Below are positions 7,853 through 14,769 of a stretch of 39,092 bases of DNA, in pieces. The notes under the pieces are model-generated. The model was not told the DNA's origin. It saw only the letters and a list, made by a program, of their open reading frames with translations, and did not search any database. The translations under genes and the position numbers were made by a program. The DNA is from a virus. How positions within the stretch are numbered: the first letter of the stretch is position 1; the number at the start of each line of letters is the position of its first letter. Location of the stretch: IMG/VR virus record IMGVR_UViG_3300045988_134801. One strand, written 5' to 3'.

Positions 7853-8422
7853 TCATTTGAGGCCCTTCCTGCCGAGTGGGAGAATGAGCAGACCCACGCA
7901 AAGAAGGGAGGTGAGAATATGAGCAATGGATCCGATTTCGCGAAGGCGAGCGCCGTGTTCGGGAAGGCCGCTGAAACGTCCGATCCCGACGAGAGGATGA
8001 GAGCCCTGTGCCAAGGGCTTTCCCTCCTCGCCAAGGGATTCGATTCGATGGATGCTTCCATGGCATCCGCCGCCTACTGTCTCGACGTGCTCTCGGATAA
8101 GTTCTGAACGGAGTTCCTGTATCTCCGTGCTTAGTCGGTCCGCGGCCTGATTGATGCGCTCGAGAATCGAGCCCATGACTTCAGTCGTCATGTCGCGGGC
8201 CGACAACTGCCGTCCGACCTCGATGCCGATTCCTCGCAGGTCAAGGCTGGACAGGTGGCTCCTCCTGTCGTCGCCCACTGTTCCGATAACCGTTCGAGCT
8301 GGTTCCTCGCGGACGGCTTTTCTTATCGCGCCCAGCATCGCCGGGTGCAGGCGTTCGAACTCCTCAACGGAAATCGGGTTCGTGGATTCATCCGGTGTCT
8401 CGGCCGGAATGTTGATGCTCAT
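7853..8422 (-). CDS. Hypothetical protein (189 aa); 3' portion uncertain
   Basis: AAGGAGAA SD upstream of the ATG at 8422, 19 nt after the cro-like stop codon. The last 85 codons or so compete with two other frames (7919-8107 + and 7813-8061 -). Confidence 0.5.
   Translation of the reverse strand: MSINIPAETPDESTNPISVEEFERLHPAMLGAIRKAVREEPARTVIGTVGDDRRSHLSSLDLRGIGIEVGRQLSARDMTTEVMGSILERINQAADRLSTEIQELRSELIREHVETVGGGCHGSIHRIESLGEEGKPLAQGSHPLVGIGRFSGLPEHGARLREIGSIAHILTSLLCVGLLILPLGRKGLK
7919..8107 (+). CDS. Small helical protein (62 aa) antisense inside ORF 7853-8422; uncertain
   Basis: A strong SD (GAAGGGAGGTGAG) lies 4 nt before the ATG. Third-position GC counted by hand is about 75%, and the sequence looks natural (MSNGSDFAKASAVFGKAAETSDPDERMRALCQGLSLLAKGF). 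Confidence 0.35.
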   Translation: MSNGSDFAKASAVFGKAAETSDPDERMRALCQGLSLLAKGFDSMDASMASAAYCLDVLSDKF

Positions 8423-8444
8423 TTCGGATTCTCCTTTCGATTCA
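8420..8444. repeat. 25-bp junction module, copy 2
   Basis: Identical to 7791-7815. It spans the cro-like stop codon, the SD and the ATG of the next gene. Confidence 0.9.
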
Positions 8445-8705
8445 TGCGTCGGCAAGCGCCGACTGCTCTTGAATTTTTTCGGTGATGAGTTGCAGTGGAT
8501 CGATCTCACTTTCGGAGACCGAGGCAAACCACATGCTCAATGTCATGTCTTCCGCATCAAGTGCTCTGCTGACAGTTGTCCGATTTCGATTGCAGCGGGC
8601 GGCAATATCAGTCATCTGCGTCTTGCTGATCAGAACGTCATTTCTGGTTCGCCTGATAACCGCTTTTGCGAGCTTGATGCAGTCAACCCTCTTGTCGATC
8701 GTCAT
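8442..8705 (-). CDS. Cro-like XRE-family HTH regulator (first gene of the early operon)
   Basis: 87 aa with an HTH segment (ISKTQMTDIAARCNRNRTTVSRAL). It is divergent from the repressor gene across a 109-bp operator region. A GGAGGTGA SD is present. Confidence 0.75.
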   Translation of the reverse strand: MTIDKRVDCIKLAKAVIRRTRNDVLISKTQMTDIAARCNRNRTTVSRALDAEDMTLSMWFASVSESEIDPLQLITEKIQEQSALADA

Positions 8706-8723
8706 CTGTTTTCACCTCCATCT

Positions 8724-8739
8724 GTAAGCACGTGCTTAC
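8724..8739. promoter_or_regulatory. Operator candidate O1: perfect 16-bp palindrome GTAAGCACGTGCTTAC
   Basis: Read directly in the cro/repressor intergenic region. Confidence 0.6.
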
Positions 8740-8753
8740 TTGATGAGACTGAT

Positions 8754-8769
8754 GTTAGCTCGTGCTTAC
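8754..8769. promoter_or_regulatory. Operator candidate O2: GTTAGCTCGTGCTTAC (14/16 match to O1)
   Basis: Lies 30 bp centre-to-centre from O1. A further CTTAC half-site occurs at 8772-8776. Confidence 0.5.
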
Positions 8770-8814
8770 AACTTACGCAAGTGCGGCGTGTCAACATGTG
8801 TTAACGTTGTGCAC

Positions 8815-9201
8815 ATGGCTACGAAGTACGAATGGACGGCGTTTGATTACGCCTCACAGCAGGCAGCTGCGAAGATCATTGCCGATTCTGGATATTCATA
8901 TCGGACCATCTCTGAGATGATGAACAACGCTGTCAGTCACGTCAGGATCAGCGACATTGAAAAGGGCAGAAAAGCGCCGATCAAGCTATCGGAGTTCCTT
9001 TTGCTTTGCCAAGCATGCGATGCTGATCCAGTCGCCACGTTGCGAGACATCATCGAGGCCGCCCGCGCCTACGAGGCCCGCGAGCGCCAAAAGATCACCG
9101 ATGACCTGGTGGATCGCATCGCCGCGCATCCGGAGGATTACGTCACTGCCGCCAATGACGATCCGAACAAGATGCTTGAGGCGGAGACGCCAAGAGACTA
9201 G
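8815..9201 (+). CDS. CI-like XRE-family HTH repressor (128 aa, no S24 peptidase domain)
   Basis: Has an HTH_XRE core (YSYRTISEMMNNAVSHVRISDIEKGRKAPIKLSEFLLLCQAC). No SD precedes the ATG at 8815, so the transcript may be leaderless. It is divergent from the cro-like gene. Confidence 0.8.
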   Translation: MATKYEWTAFDYASQQAAAKIIADSGYSYRTISEMMNNAVSHVRISDIEKGRKAPIKLSEFLLLCQACDADPVATLRDIIEAARAYEARERQKITDDLVDRIAAHPEDYVTAANDDPNKMLEAETPRD

Positions 9202-9240
9202 ATTTTTTTGATGCAAATCAACTAGGGAAAGAAGGAAACC

Positions 9241-9726
9241 ATGTACAGGAAGACAATCGCAACGGCCGTCGCCGGTCTGCTCATTCTCGGGCTTGGCGCA
9301 TGCGGCAACGCCAGTGACGCCAAAACCGCCGACGCCGGCAGCACGAGCCAATCGCAGACGACGAAGAAGCCGGCAGAGAAGAAGCCGGTAGAACAGCCTG
9401 CGGATCTGACCGGCACATGGAAGCAGACCAACTCCGGCAGCACGGATTCCTGGATGGAAGCCGAGATAACGGCCGACACAATCACCGTCCAGTGGGTCAG
9501 CGACAACGGCGATACGAAGAGCCTGTACTGGAAGGGCTCCTACAATGCGCCGGACAAGGCCGGTGACTGGAAGTGGACGAGCCAGGGAGACACCGCGGCG
9601 ATGCAGGCGTCCCTGCTCGGCTCGCAGGACGCCACCAAGGACTTCACCTACACCAAGGCGGACGGCGTCAGCTGGGAGACCACCGCGATGGGCACCACCA
9701 CAGTGGTGAAGACCGCCAAGCAGTGA
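9241..9726 (+). CDS. Secreted lipoprotein (prophage moron; candidate superinfection-exclusion protein)
   Basis: Signal peptide with lipobox MYRKTIATAVAGLLILGLGAC, followed by a Ser/Thr/Lys-rich linker and a beta-rich domain. A GAAGGAAA SD is present. It lies directly downstream of the repressor. Confidence 0.85.
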   Translation: MYRKTIATAVAGLLILGLGACGNASDAKTADAGSTSQSQTTKKPAEKKPVEQPADLTGTWKQTNSGSTDSWMEAEITADTITVQWVSDNGDTKSLYWKGSYNAPDKAGDWKWTSQGDTAAMQASLLGSQDATKDFTYTKADGVSWETTAMGTTTVVKTAKQ

Positions 9727-9856
9727 GCGATAGGCTCAGCAAGCCGCTCAAGGCGGGAGCTCCAAGGAACTGGGTCTGCGCGCGTCATACGCGGATTGAA
9801 CTATTAGAAATAACCGAATAGTTCAAAACCGTTGGAAACATCAACAACAGACCATT

Positions 9857-9872
9857 TTGTTGACGTCAACAA
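9857..9872. promoter_or_regulatory. Perfect 16-bp palindrome TTGTTGACGTCAACAA, 30 nt upstream of the RhuM-family gene
   Basis: Read directly. It contains a TTGACG -35-like hexamer and sits in a low-GC intergenic region. A second inverted repeat, GAACTATT...AATAGTTC, lies at about 9799-9825. Confidence 0.4.
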
Positions 9873-9901
9873 GATGGTTGTGGAATCGGAAGGAGACAAG
9901 C

Positions 9902-10906
9902 ATGGCGGACGAACCACAGGAAGGCCGGATAATCCTCTACCAAGAGGACGGGCGCAACGTACCAGTCGAAGTCACGTACTGGCGGGAGACGTTCTGGCTC
10001 ACACAGCAGAAAATGGCAGAATTGTTCAATGTTACCGTGCCGACCATCAACGAGCATCTGAAAAACATCTTCTCATCCGGCGAACTGACAGAGACGTCAA
10101 CCATTCGGAAATCTCGAATAGTTCGACAAGAAGGTTCTCGCCAGGTATCAAGAGAAATCTCTTTCTACAATCTCGACGCAATCATCGCCGTCGGATACCG
10201 CGTCAACAGCAGACAGGCCACACAATTCCGCCAATGGGCCACCGGCATCCTACGCGAATACATCGTCAAGGGATTCGCCCTCAACGACGACATGCTCAAG
10301 AACGGCAGACCGTTCGGAGACGACTATTTCGAGGAACTGCTCGACCGCATCCGCGACATCCGCACCAGCGAGCGTCGGTTCTGGCAGAAGGTCACCGACC
10401 TGTTCAGCGAGGTCAGCTACGACTATGACCCGAACTCGCAGACGGCTAGGGACTTCTTCGCCAGCTGCCAGAACAAGATGCACTACGCCGTCACCCATCA
10501 GACCGCCGCCGAAATCGTCATGGATCGTGTGGACGCCGGCAAGCCGAACATGGGATTGACTACTTGGAAGGGCGCTCCGAAAGGACATCCACGGTCCACG
10601 GACGTGACCGTGGCAAAGAACTATCTGAACGAACGCGAGATGAAGGCGTTGAACACGCTCACCACCGGTCTGCTGGACCTCGTGGAGGCACGAGTACTGA
10701 ACCACACCCTCACCAGCATGGAGGAATGCGCCACGCTGATCGACCAGTACATCTCCCTGTCGGGCATGCCGTTGCTGGAAGGCAAAGGCAACCGTGGACA
10801 CGAGCAGATGAGACGCAAGGCCCTCGACGAGTTCCACAAGTGGGATGCGGCACGAGAAAGCGATTTCGACAGGTTCGCCAAGGGATTGGACGGAACTGGA
10901 CGGTGA
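9902..10906 (+). CDS. RhuM-family protein (Virulence_RhuM-like)
   Basis: Matches the RhuM pattern as I remember it (ILYQEDGRNVPVEVTYWRETFWLTQQKMAELF...TINEHLKNIFSSGEL...FYNLDAIIAVGYRVNSRQATQFRQWATGILREYIVKGF). A GGAAGGAGA SD precedes the ATG at 9902. Confidence 0.8.
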   Translation: MADEPQEGRIILYQEDGRNVPVEVTYWRETFWLTQQKMAELFNVTVPTINEHLKNIFSSGELTETSTIRKSRIVRQEGSRQVSREISFYNLDAIIAVGYRVNSRQATQFRQWATGILREYIVKGFALNDDMLKNGRPFGDDYFEELLDRIRDIRTSERRFWQKVTDLFSEVSYDYDPNSQTARDFFASCQNKMHYAVTHQTAAEIVMDRVDAGKPNMGLTTWKGAPKGHPRSTDVTVAKNYLNEREMKALNTLTTGLLDLVEARVLNHTLTSMEECATLIDQYISLSGMPLLEGKGNRGHEQMRRKALDEFHKWDAARESDFDRFAKGLDGTGR

Positions 10907-11301
10907 ACGACGCCACATTGACGTCCTGGGCGAAGACGTTGGGAGTGCGCGTGGAGGAACGTCGGCTGGCCGGAGACAGGTGCGGGATCTACTGCGCCCC
11001 GCTCCGCCTCATCATCCTCGACGAACGACTGGCCGGATTCCAGCGCCGCTGCACCCTCTGCCATGAGCTCATCCACGCGAAACACCACGATTCGGGATGC
11101 GGCACGCAGTATGGGTTGAAGTGCGAGCGCCGTTGCCGCAGGGAGACCGCGTTGGCGTTGATCTCGCCGGTGGATTACGGCATGGCCGAGGAAGTGTACG
11201 AAGGTAACACGTGGATGATGGCCGTGGAATTGGGCGTGACCGTACAGGTATTGTCCGACTACCGGCAGCTGCTCTACGATTCCGACGTGTGCGTGCAATA
11301 A
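10903..11301 (+). CDS. ImmA/IrrE-family zinc metallopeptidase (DUF955-like)
   Basis: HExxH motif (LCHELIHAKHHD). The GTG start overlaps the RhuM stop codon (GTGA at 10903-10906). 132 aa. Confidence 0.7.
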   Translation: MNDATLTSWAKTLGVRVEERRLAGDRCGIYCAPLRLIILDERLAGFQRRCTLCHELIHAKHHDSGCGTQYGLKCERRCRRETALALISPVDYGMAEEVYEGNTWMMAVELGVTVQVLSDYRQLLYDSDVCVQ

Positions 11302-11341
11302 AAGAAGCTCAGCGTCCACATACCGCGACGGGAAACAAAAA

Positions 11342-11373
11342 GGGTTCCGCCCGAACACAGTCGGACGGAACCC
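11342..11373 (-). terminator. GC-rich hairpin with a T-run on the - strand (possible antisense-blocking or bidirectional terminator)
   Basis: Stem GGGTTCCG (11342-11349) pairs with CGGAACCC (11366-11373). On the - strand it is followed by TTTTTGTTTCCC. Confidence 0.45.
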
Positions 11374-11457
11374 AAGGAACCAACAATCAGCATTTCCGTT
11401 TTCACCAAAATGAGGTTCCACGCACAGTGTAGCGCGGATCCTTGGAAAGAGACGACC

Positions 11458-12738
11458 ATGGCCAGAGCGTTCGTAGACGACAGATGGCTCAAAAACGACG
11501 AGGACGGCAACCCGCCCAGCAGGGCCGCGAAACAGTCGCTGGCCAATGCGAAGGATCCGATGAAAGCCAATGTGCCCGACAAATGGCGGTCCGCGCTGTA
11601 CGGCCAAGGTTCACGGTGGAGATGCCGCTGGTACACGCTCCGAGACGGCAAACGCGTCCAGAAATCACGGAACTTCGCCAAGCTCCGTGACGCGGAGGAA
11701 TACGCAGCGGCCATCGAGGACGACATCAGACGCGGCAAATACCGCGACCCGCAGCAGGAACTACGCATCTTCCGGGACGTTGCCTCCGAATGGACGGACG
11801 GCAAGATGGATATCAAACAGGGCACTTTGGGCAGATACCGCCGCGAATTGCGCGTTTATATCAACCCCAAGTGGGGCGATCGCACACTGAGGGAAATCCA
11901 ACGCGACGAACTGCAACAGTGGGTCACGCAGCTCACCGAAGGCGGGTATCCCGCCGAACTGCAGGACGATCGCGAATCGAAGCCATTGAGTCCACGCAGC
12001 ATCCGCAACATCGTCAAGGTCGTCATGGGCGGTGTCATGGAATTCGCTTTGGAGCACGGCTGGATTGGCGAGAACCCCATTGAAAAGGTCACCGTGCCGC
12101 GCATCACGCAATCCGATGACGACATGGTGTTCCTTACCGTCGAGGAGGTGGAGTTGCTGGCCGGCATGGCCGAACGGGCAGGACGGCCGGTAGACGGGCT
12201 GATCGTCCGCTGGCAGGCATACACCGGTGCCCGCATTGGCGAGACGCTGGCACTCAAATGCGGCGACGTGGATGTGGATTCACGCAGGGCGCGCATCCGC
12301 CGCACTTGGACCGACGACGGCAAAGGCAGGCTTGTGCTGGGCACGCCGAAGAACGGCAAACCGCGCAGCATCGCCATACCCAGATTCCTCATACCGTCCA
12401 TCGAACGGCAGATGGAGGGCATGGGCGACGACGACTGGCTGTTCCGCGCGGCAAGAGGCGGGAACCTGTGGACGAACACGTGGCGGACGCGTGTCTGGCG
12501 AAAGGCCGTCCGACTGGCCGGCATGGAGGACGAGGGCGTGACCATCCATAGTTTGAGGCATAGCTATGCGAGCTTTGCAATTGCTCAAGGCGCGGACGTG
12601 AAGACCCTACAGATGCAGCTCGGCCACTCCTCACCCAGCATCACGCTGAACACATACACGGCTCTTTGGCCGGAACGATTGGACGATGTGGCGGACGCGA
12701 TTGGCGAGCTGCGCGCTGAACAGTTGAAGACCGTCTAG
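11458..12738 (+). CDS. int: Tyrosine integrase (phage integrase family)
   Basis: 426 aa. Catalytic signature present: TGARIGE (Arg), HSLRHSYAS (HxxR) and LGHSSPSITLNTY (His/Tyr). It lies adjacent to attP. Confidence 0.9.
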   Translation: MARAFVDDRWLKNDEDGNPPSRAAKQSLANAKDPMKANVPDKWRSALYGQGSRWRCRWYTLRDGKRVQKSRNFAKLRDAEEYAAAIEDDIRRGKYRDPQQELRIFRDVASEWTDGKMDIKQGTLGRYRRELRVYINPKWGDRTLREIQRDELQQWVTQLTEGGYPAELQDDRESKPLSPRSIRNIVKVVMGGVMEFALEHGWIGENPIEKVTVPRITQSDDDMVFLTVEEVELLAGMAERAGRPVDGLIVRWQAYTGARIGETLALKCGDVDVDSRRARIRRTWTDDGKGRLVLGTPKNGKPRSIAIPRFLIPSIERQMEGMGDDDWLFRAARGGNLWTNTWRTRVWRKAVRLAGMEDEGVTIHSLRHSYASFAIAQGADVKTLQMQLGHSSPSITLNTYTALWPERLDDVADAIGELRAEQLKTV

Positions 12739-12757
12739 ACGCGGAGGTTGCGCGGTC

Positions 12758-12777
12758 ATCGTGTCGAATCGTGTCGA
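12758..12777 (+). repeat. attP arm-type site candidate: tandem 2 x ATCGTGTCGA (left arm)
   Basis: Two abutting perfect 10-mers. The same 10-mer occurs twice again at 12999-13019. The element is bracketed by inverted TGCGCGGT (12749-12756) and ACCGCGCA (13028-13035). Confidence 0.6.
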
Positions 12778-12800
12778 TAGCCTACGGCCAAGAAAAGATA

Positions 12801-12831
12801 AAGCCTTGGAAACATAATGCTTCCAAGGCTT
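12801..12831. terminator. Perfect 11-bp stem hairpin after int (AAGCCTTGGAA / TTCCAAGGCTT)
   Basis: The loop is 9 nt. On the - strand the hairpin is followed by TATCTTTTCTT. On the + strand it follows the int stop codon by about 60 nt. Confidence 0.5.
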
Positions 12832-12832
12832 C

Positions 12833-12868
12833 CGGTCGGGCTGACAGGATTTGAACCTGCGACATTCT
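12833..12868 (-). other. tRNA 3'-end fragment (T-arm plus acceptor 3' strand); probable attP core
   Basis: The - strand reads GCAGGTTCAAATCCTGTCAGCCCGACC, giving a T-loop TTCAAAT, a 5-bp T-stem and a 7-nt acceptor strand. No complementary 5' acceptor strand was found nearby. Confidence 0.65.
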
Positions 12869-12912
12869 GCTATATTCGGGCATGGCATGACCGAGCGTAG
12901 CCGGGTGTGAGC

Positions 12913-12950
12913 ATTGTCAAGAACGTTGAAATTCCAACGTTCTTGACAAT
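12913..12950. repeat. Perfect 16-bp inverted repeat ATTGTCAAGAACGTTG / CAACGTTCTTGACAAT (6-nt loop) within attP
   Basis: Read directly. Its function (host-factor, Int or Xis binding, or a hairpin) is unknown. Confidence 0.8.
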
Positions 12951-12998
12951 ACGATACGCAGTGGTTCGCTTTGTTGAAATTAACTGTTCGCAACTGTC

Positions 12999-13019
12999 AT
13001 CGTGTCGATATCGTGTCGA
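12999..13019 (+). repeat. attP arm-type site candidate: 2 x ATCGTGTCGA (right arm, 1-nt spacer)
   Basis: ATCGTGTCGA-T-ATCGTGTCGA, in the same orientation as 12758-12777. Confidence 0.6.
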
Positions 13020-13050
13020 TATGGTCGAACCGCGCAGCCTTCCATCGGAA

Positions 13051-13096
13051 AATGAAAAAAGGCCCCTCCCCCAGCATAGAAGCTGAGAGAGGGGCG
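13051..13096 (-). terminator. Rho-independent terminator ending the late/lysis operon
   Basis: The - strand has GC-rich stem GCCCCTC / GAGGGGC (13062-13068 / 13089-13095) with inner CAGC/GCTG pairing, followed by CTTTTTTCATT. It lies about 30 nt downstream of the holin stop codon. Confidence 0.7.
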
Positions 13097-13123
13097 AGTG
13101 CGAGTCTCACGTCAGAAAATTAA

Positions 13124-13369
13124 TCACTGGCAGTCCTCGTCGGCCTTGACAGACGTGAGCTGGCTCACGCCGATGAGCGCGCCGACGAACAAACCGATCG
13201 CGTTGATGGTCGTAACGAGTTCGCCGCAGTGCGGCAGTCCCCATTGCGGGCCGACCACTCCGACGAGCCACGCGACGGCCGGCAAAGCGATCAACGCGAG
13301 CCACTTGAGTATGTCGTACACCCCACCTGGCAGCAGGTAGCCGGATTGCGGGCTATTGGATTCATCCAT
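13124..13369 (-). CDS. Holin (Dp-1-like family, two TM helices)
   Basis: 81 aa. YDILKWLALIALPAVAWLVGVVGPQWGLPHCGELVTTINAIGLFVGALIGVS matches the holin pattern I recall. A strong SD (AAGGAGGTGA) is present and the gene follows the lysin. Confidence 0.8.
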   Translation of the reverse strand: MDESNSPQSGYLLPGGVYDILKWLALIALPAVAWLVGVVGPQWGLPHCGELVTTINAIGLFVGALIGVSQLTSVKADEDCQ

Positions 13370-13434
13370 TTTTCACCTCCTTAAACATTGCGGCAACCGT
13401 CTCCACAACGCTTAAAGTCGTGGAAACGTGAGTT

Positions 13435-14703
13435 TCAGCGCAGGTACTGTCCGGGATAGATAACGTATGGGCTGCGGATGCCATTGCGTGCGGCAGCCGA
13501 CTGCCAGCCGGAGCCGTAGATGATCCACAGGCTTTCGCCGGAACGGACCACATGGCCTCCGACCCCGCTCGAAGCGATGGACACAGACGCGCCGCCATAG
13601 GTGACGATCTGCCCCGGATAAATCCTGTTGACGTCACCGCTCGGCACACGCCAGGCGGACACCGGCTGGAGTCCGGTCCTCGCGGCGATAGCACTCATGG
13701 TGTCACCGGAACGGACCACGACGCTGCGCGAACCCGTGGCGGCCGTTCCGCCGGAACCTCCGCCGAGGCGACTGTTGACGATCTGCATGACCGCCGCGTA
13801 ATTGCCACCCAACGCCTGCCTGCGGGCCGGATCGTTGCCGAAGTCGCCGCGGATGGTGCGCGTGGCCAAAGCGTTCAGGTCGACCGCCGGAGCGGTCGTG
13901 GGCTGAGGTTTCGGCTTGACGCTCGGCAGATTCGCCGCGCCCTTGTCGTCAGGGTTCGCGTACTTGCGCCATGCCGTGCGGTCGCCGCGGAACTTGTTCA
14001 GGTCGAGTCGTCCGGACCAGCCGCTGAGACTGCCGTTGGACGTGTACTGCCTCATCACCTCGCCACGCGCTCCGATGTTCCACGGGGCGGTCTGATAGCC
14101 GGTGACCATGTTCGTGGCGTACTGGGCGATCCAGATGCCGCAGTTCAGCTCGGTCTCCATGCCGGCGACCTGCCAGTAGCCGGAGTCCATCGTGTAGATG
14201 ATCGGGTTCACGCCCGTCAGTCGCTTGACCTCGCGCGCCCACCTGCGCGGCCACTGCTTGTCGCCCCAGGCGGCATTGTCCTGCGCCTCCCAGTCGAGGA
14301 TCAGAACGCTCCTGTGCACGTATCCGCGCACATTGTCGACGAAGAACCGGGCTTCGGTCTCCGGGTTGCCGCCGCGAGCGTAATGGTAGACGCCGGTCTC
14401 CTTGCCGCTGTTGATGGCTCCGGCGAGTTGTCGGTTCGCGTCGGTGTTGACGCCGTTGGACAGGCAACCACCGTACACGCCGCCGGAGCCCCATGTGGTG
14501 CCGACGATGACGAAATCTGCCGGCACGGTCGCGGTGTCGATGCCGCACTGCCAGTTCGAGATGTCGTACCCGTTCATGTCGGCCATCGCGGCCGGCGCGA
14601 CCGCCATGGATATGGCGACCGCGAGCGCGGTCAGTAGCTTGCGCCATTGTCGGCGTGGATTCATGCGCTTGTGTTTCGGCTTGCCTTTGTTGAGGATGTC
14701 CAA
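13435..14703 (-). CDS. Endolysin: signal peptide, GH25 muramidase, CW_7-like repeat and two LysM domains
   Basis: GH25 start (NGYDISNWQ...DFVIVG). CW_7-like repeat (ATRTIRGDFGNDPARRQALGGNYAAVMQIVN). Two LysM-like repeats (VVRSGDTMSAIAARTG...YPGQIV and VVRSGESLWIIYGSG...YPGQYL). Predicted signal peptide KLLTALAVAISMAVAPAAMA. TTG start at 14703 with an AAGGAG SD. Confidence 0.9.
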   Translation of the reverse strand: MDILNKGKPKHKRMNPRRQWRKLLTALAVAISMAVAPAAMADMNGYDISNWQCGIDTATVPADFVIVGTTWGSGGVYGGCLSNGVNTDANRQLAGAINSGKETGVYHYARGGNPETEARFFVDNVRGYVHRSVLILDWEAQDNAAWGDKQWPRRWAREVKRLTGVNPIIYTMDSGYWQVAGMETELNCGIWIAQYATNMVTGYQTAPWNIGARGEVMRQYTSNGSLSGWSGRLDLNKFRGDRTAWRKYANPDDKGAANLPSVKPKPQPTTAPAVDLNALATRTIRGDFGNDPARRQALGGNYAAVMQIVNSRLGGGSGGTAATGSRSVVVRSGDTMSAIAARTGLQPVSAWRVPSGDVNRIYPGQIVTYGGASVSIASSGVGGHVVRSGESLWIIYGSGWQSAAARNGIRSPYVIYPGQYLR

Positions 14704-14769
14704 TTCCTCTCCTTTCCTTTGTCCGTACCGTCCGCCTTGTACGGACGGTGTGGAAATCTTTTGAATCTT

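Noticed and set aside
10250-11607. Long - strand ORFs 10250-10918 and 10621-11607
   Set aside because: They are antisense shadows of the RhuM, ImmA and integrase genes, with no SD and biased composition.
12833-12905. A complete tRNA gene at attP
   Set aside because: Only the T-arm and the 3' acceptor strand are present. The complementary 5' acceptor strand (CGGGCTG) is absent within about 100 nt, so this is a core fragment and not a functional tRNA.
12631-12993. 120-aa - strand ORF spanning attP
   Set aside because: It crosses the tRNA fragment, hairpins and repeats, starts at a TTG with no SD, and overlaps the integrase 3' end.
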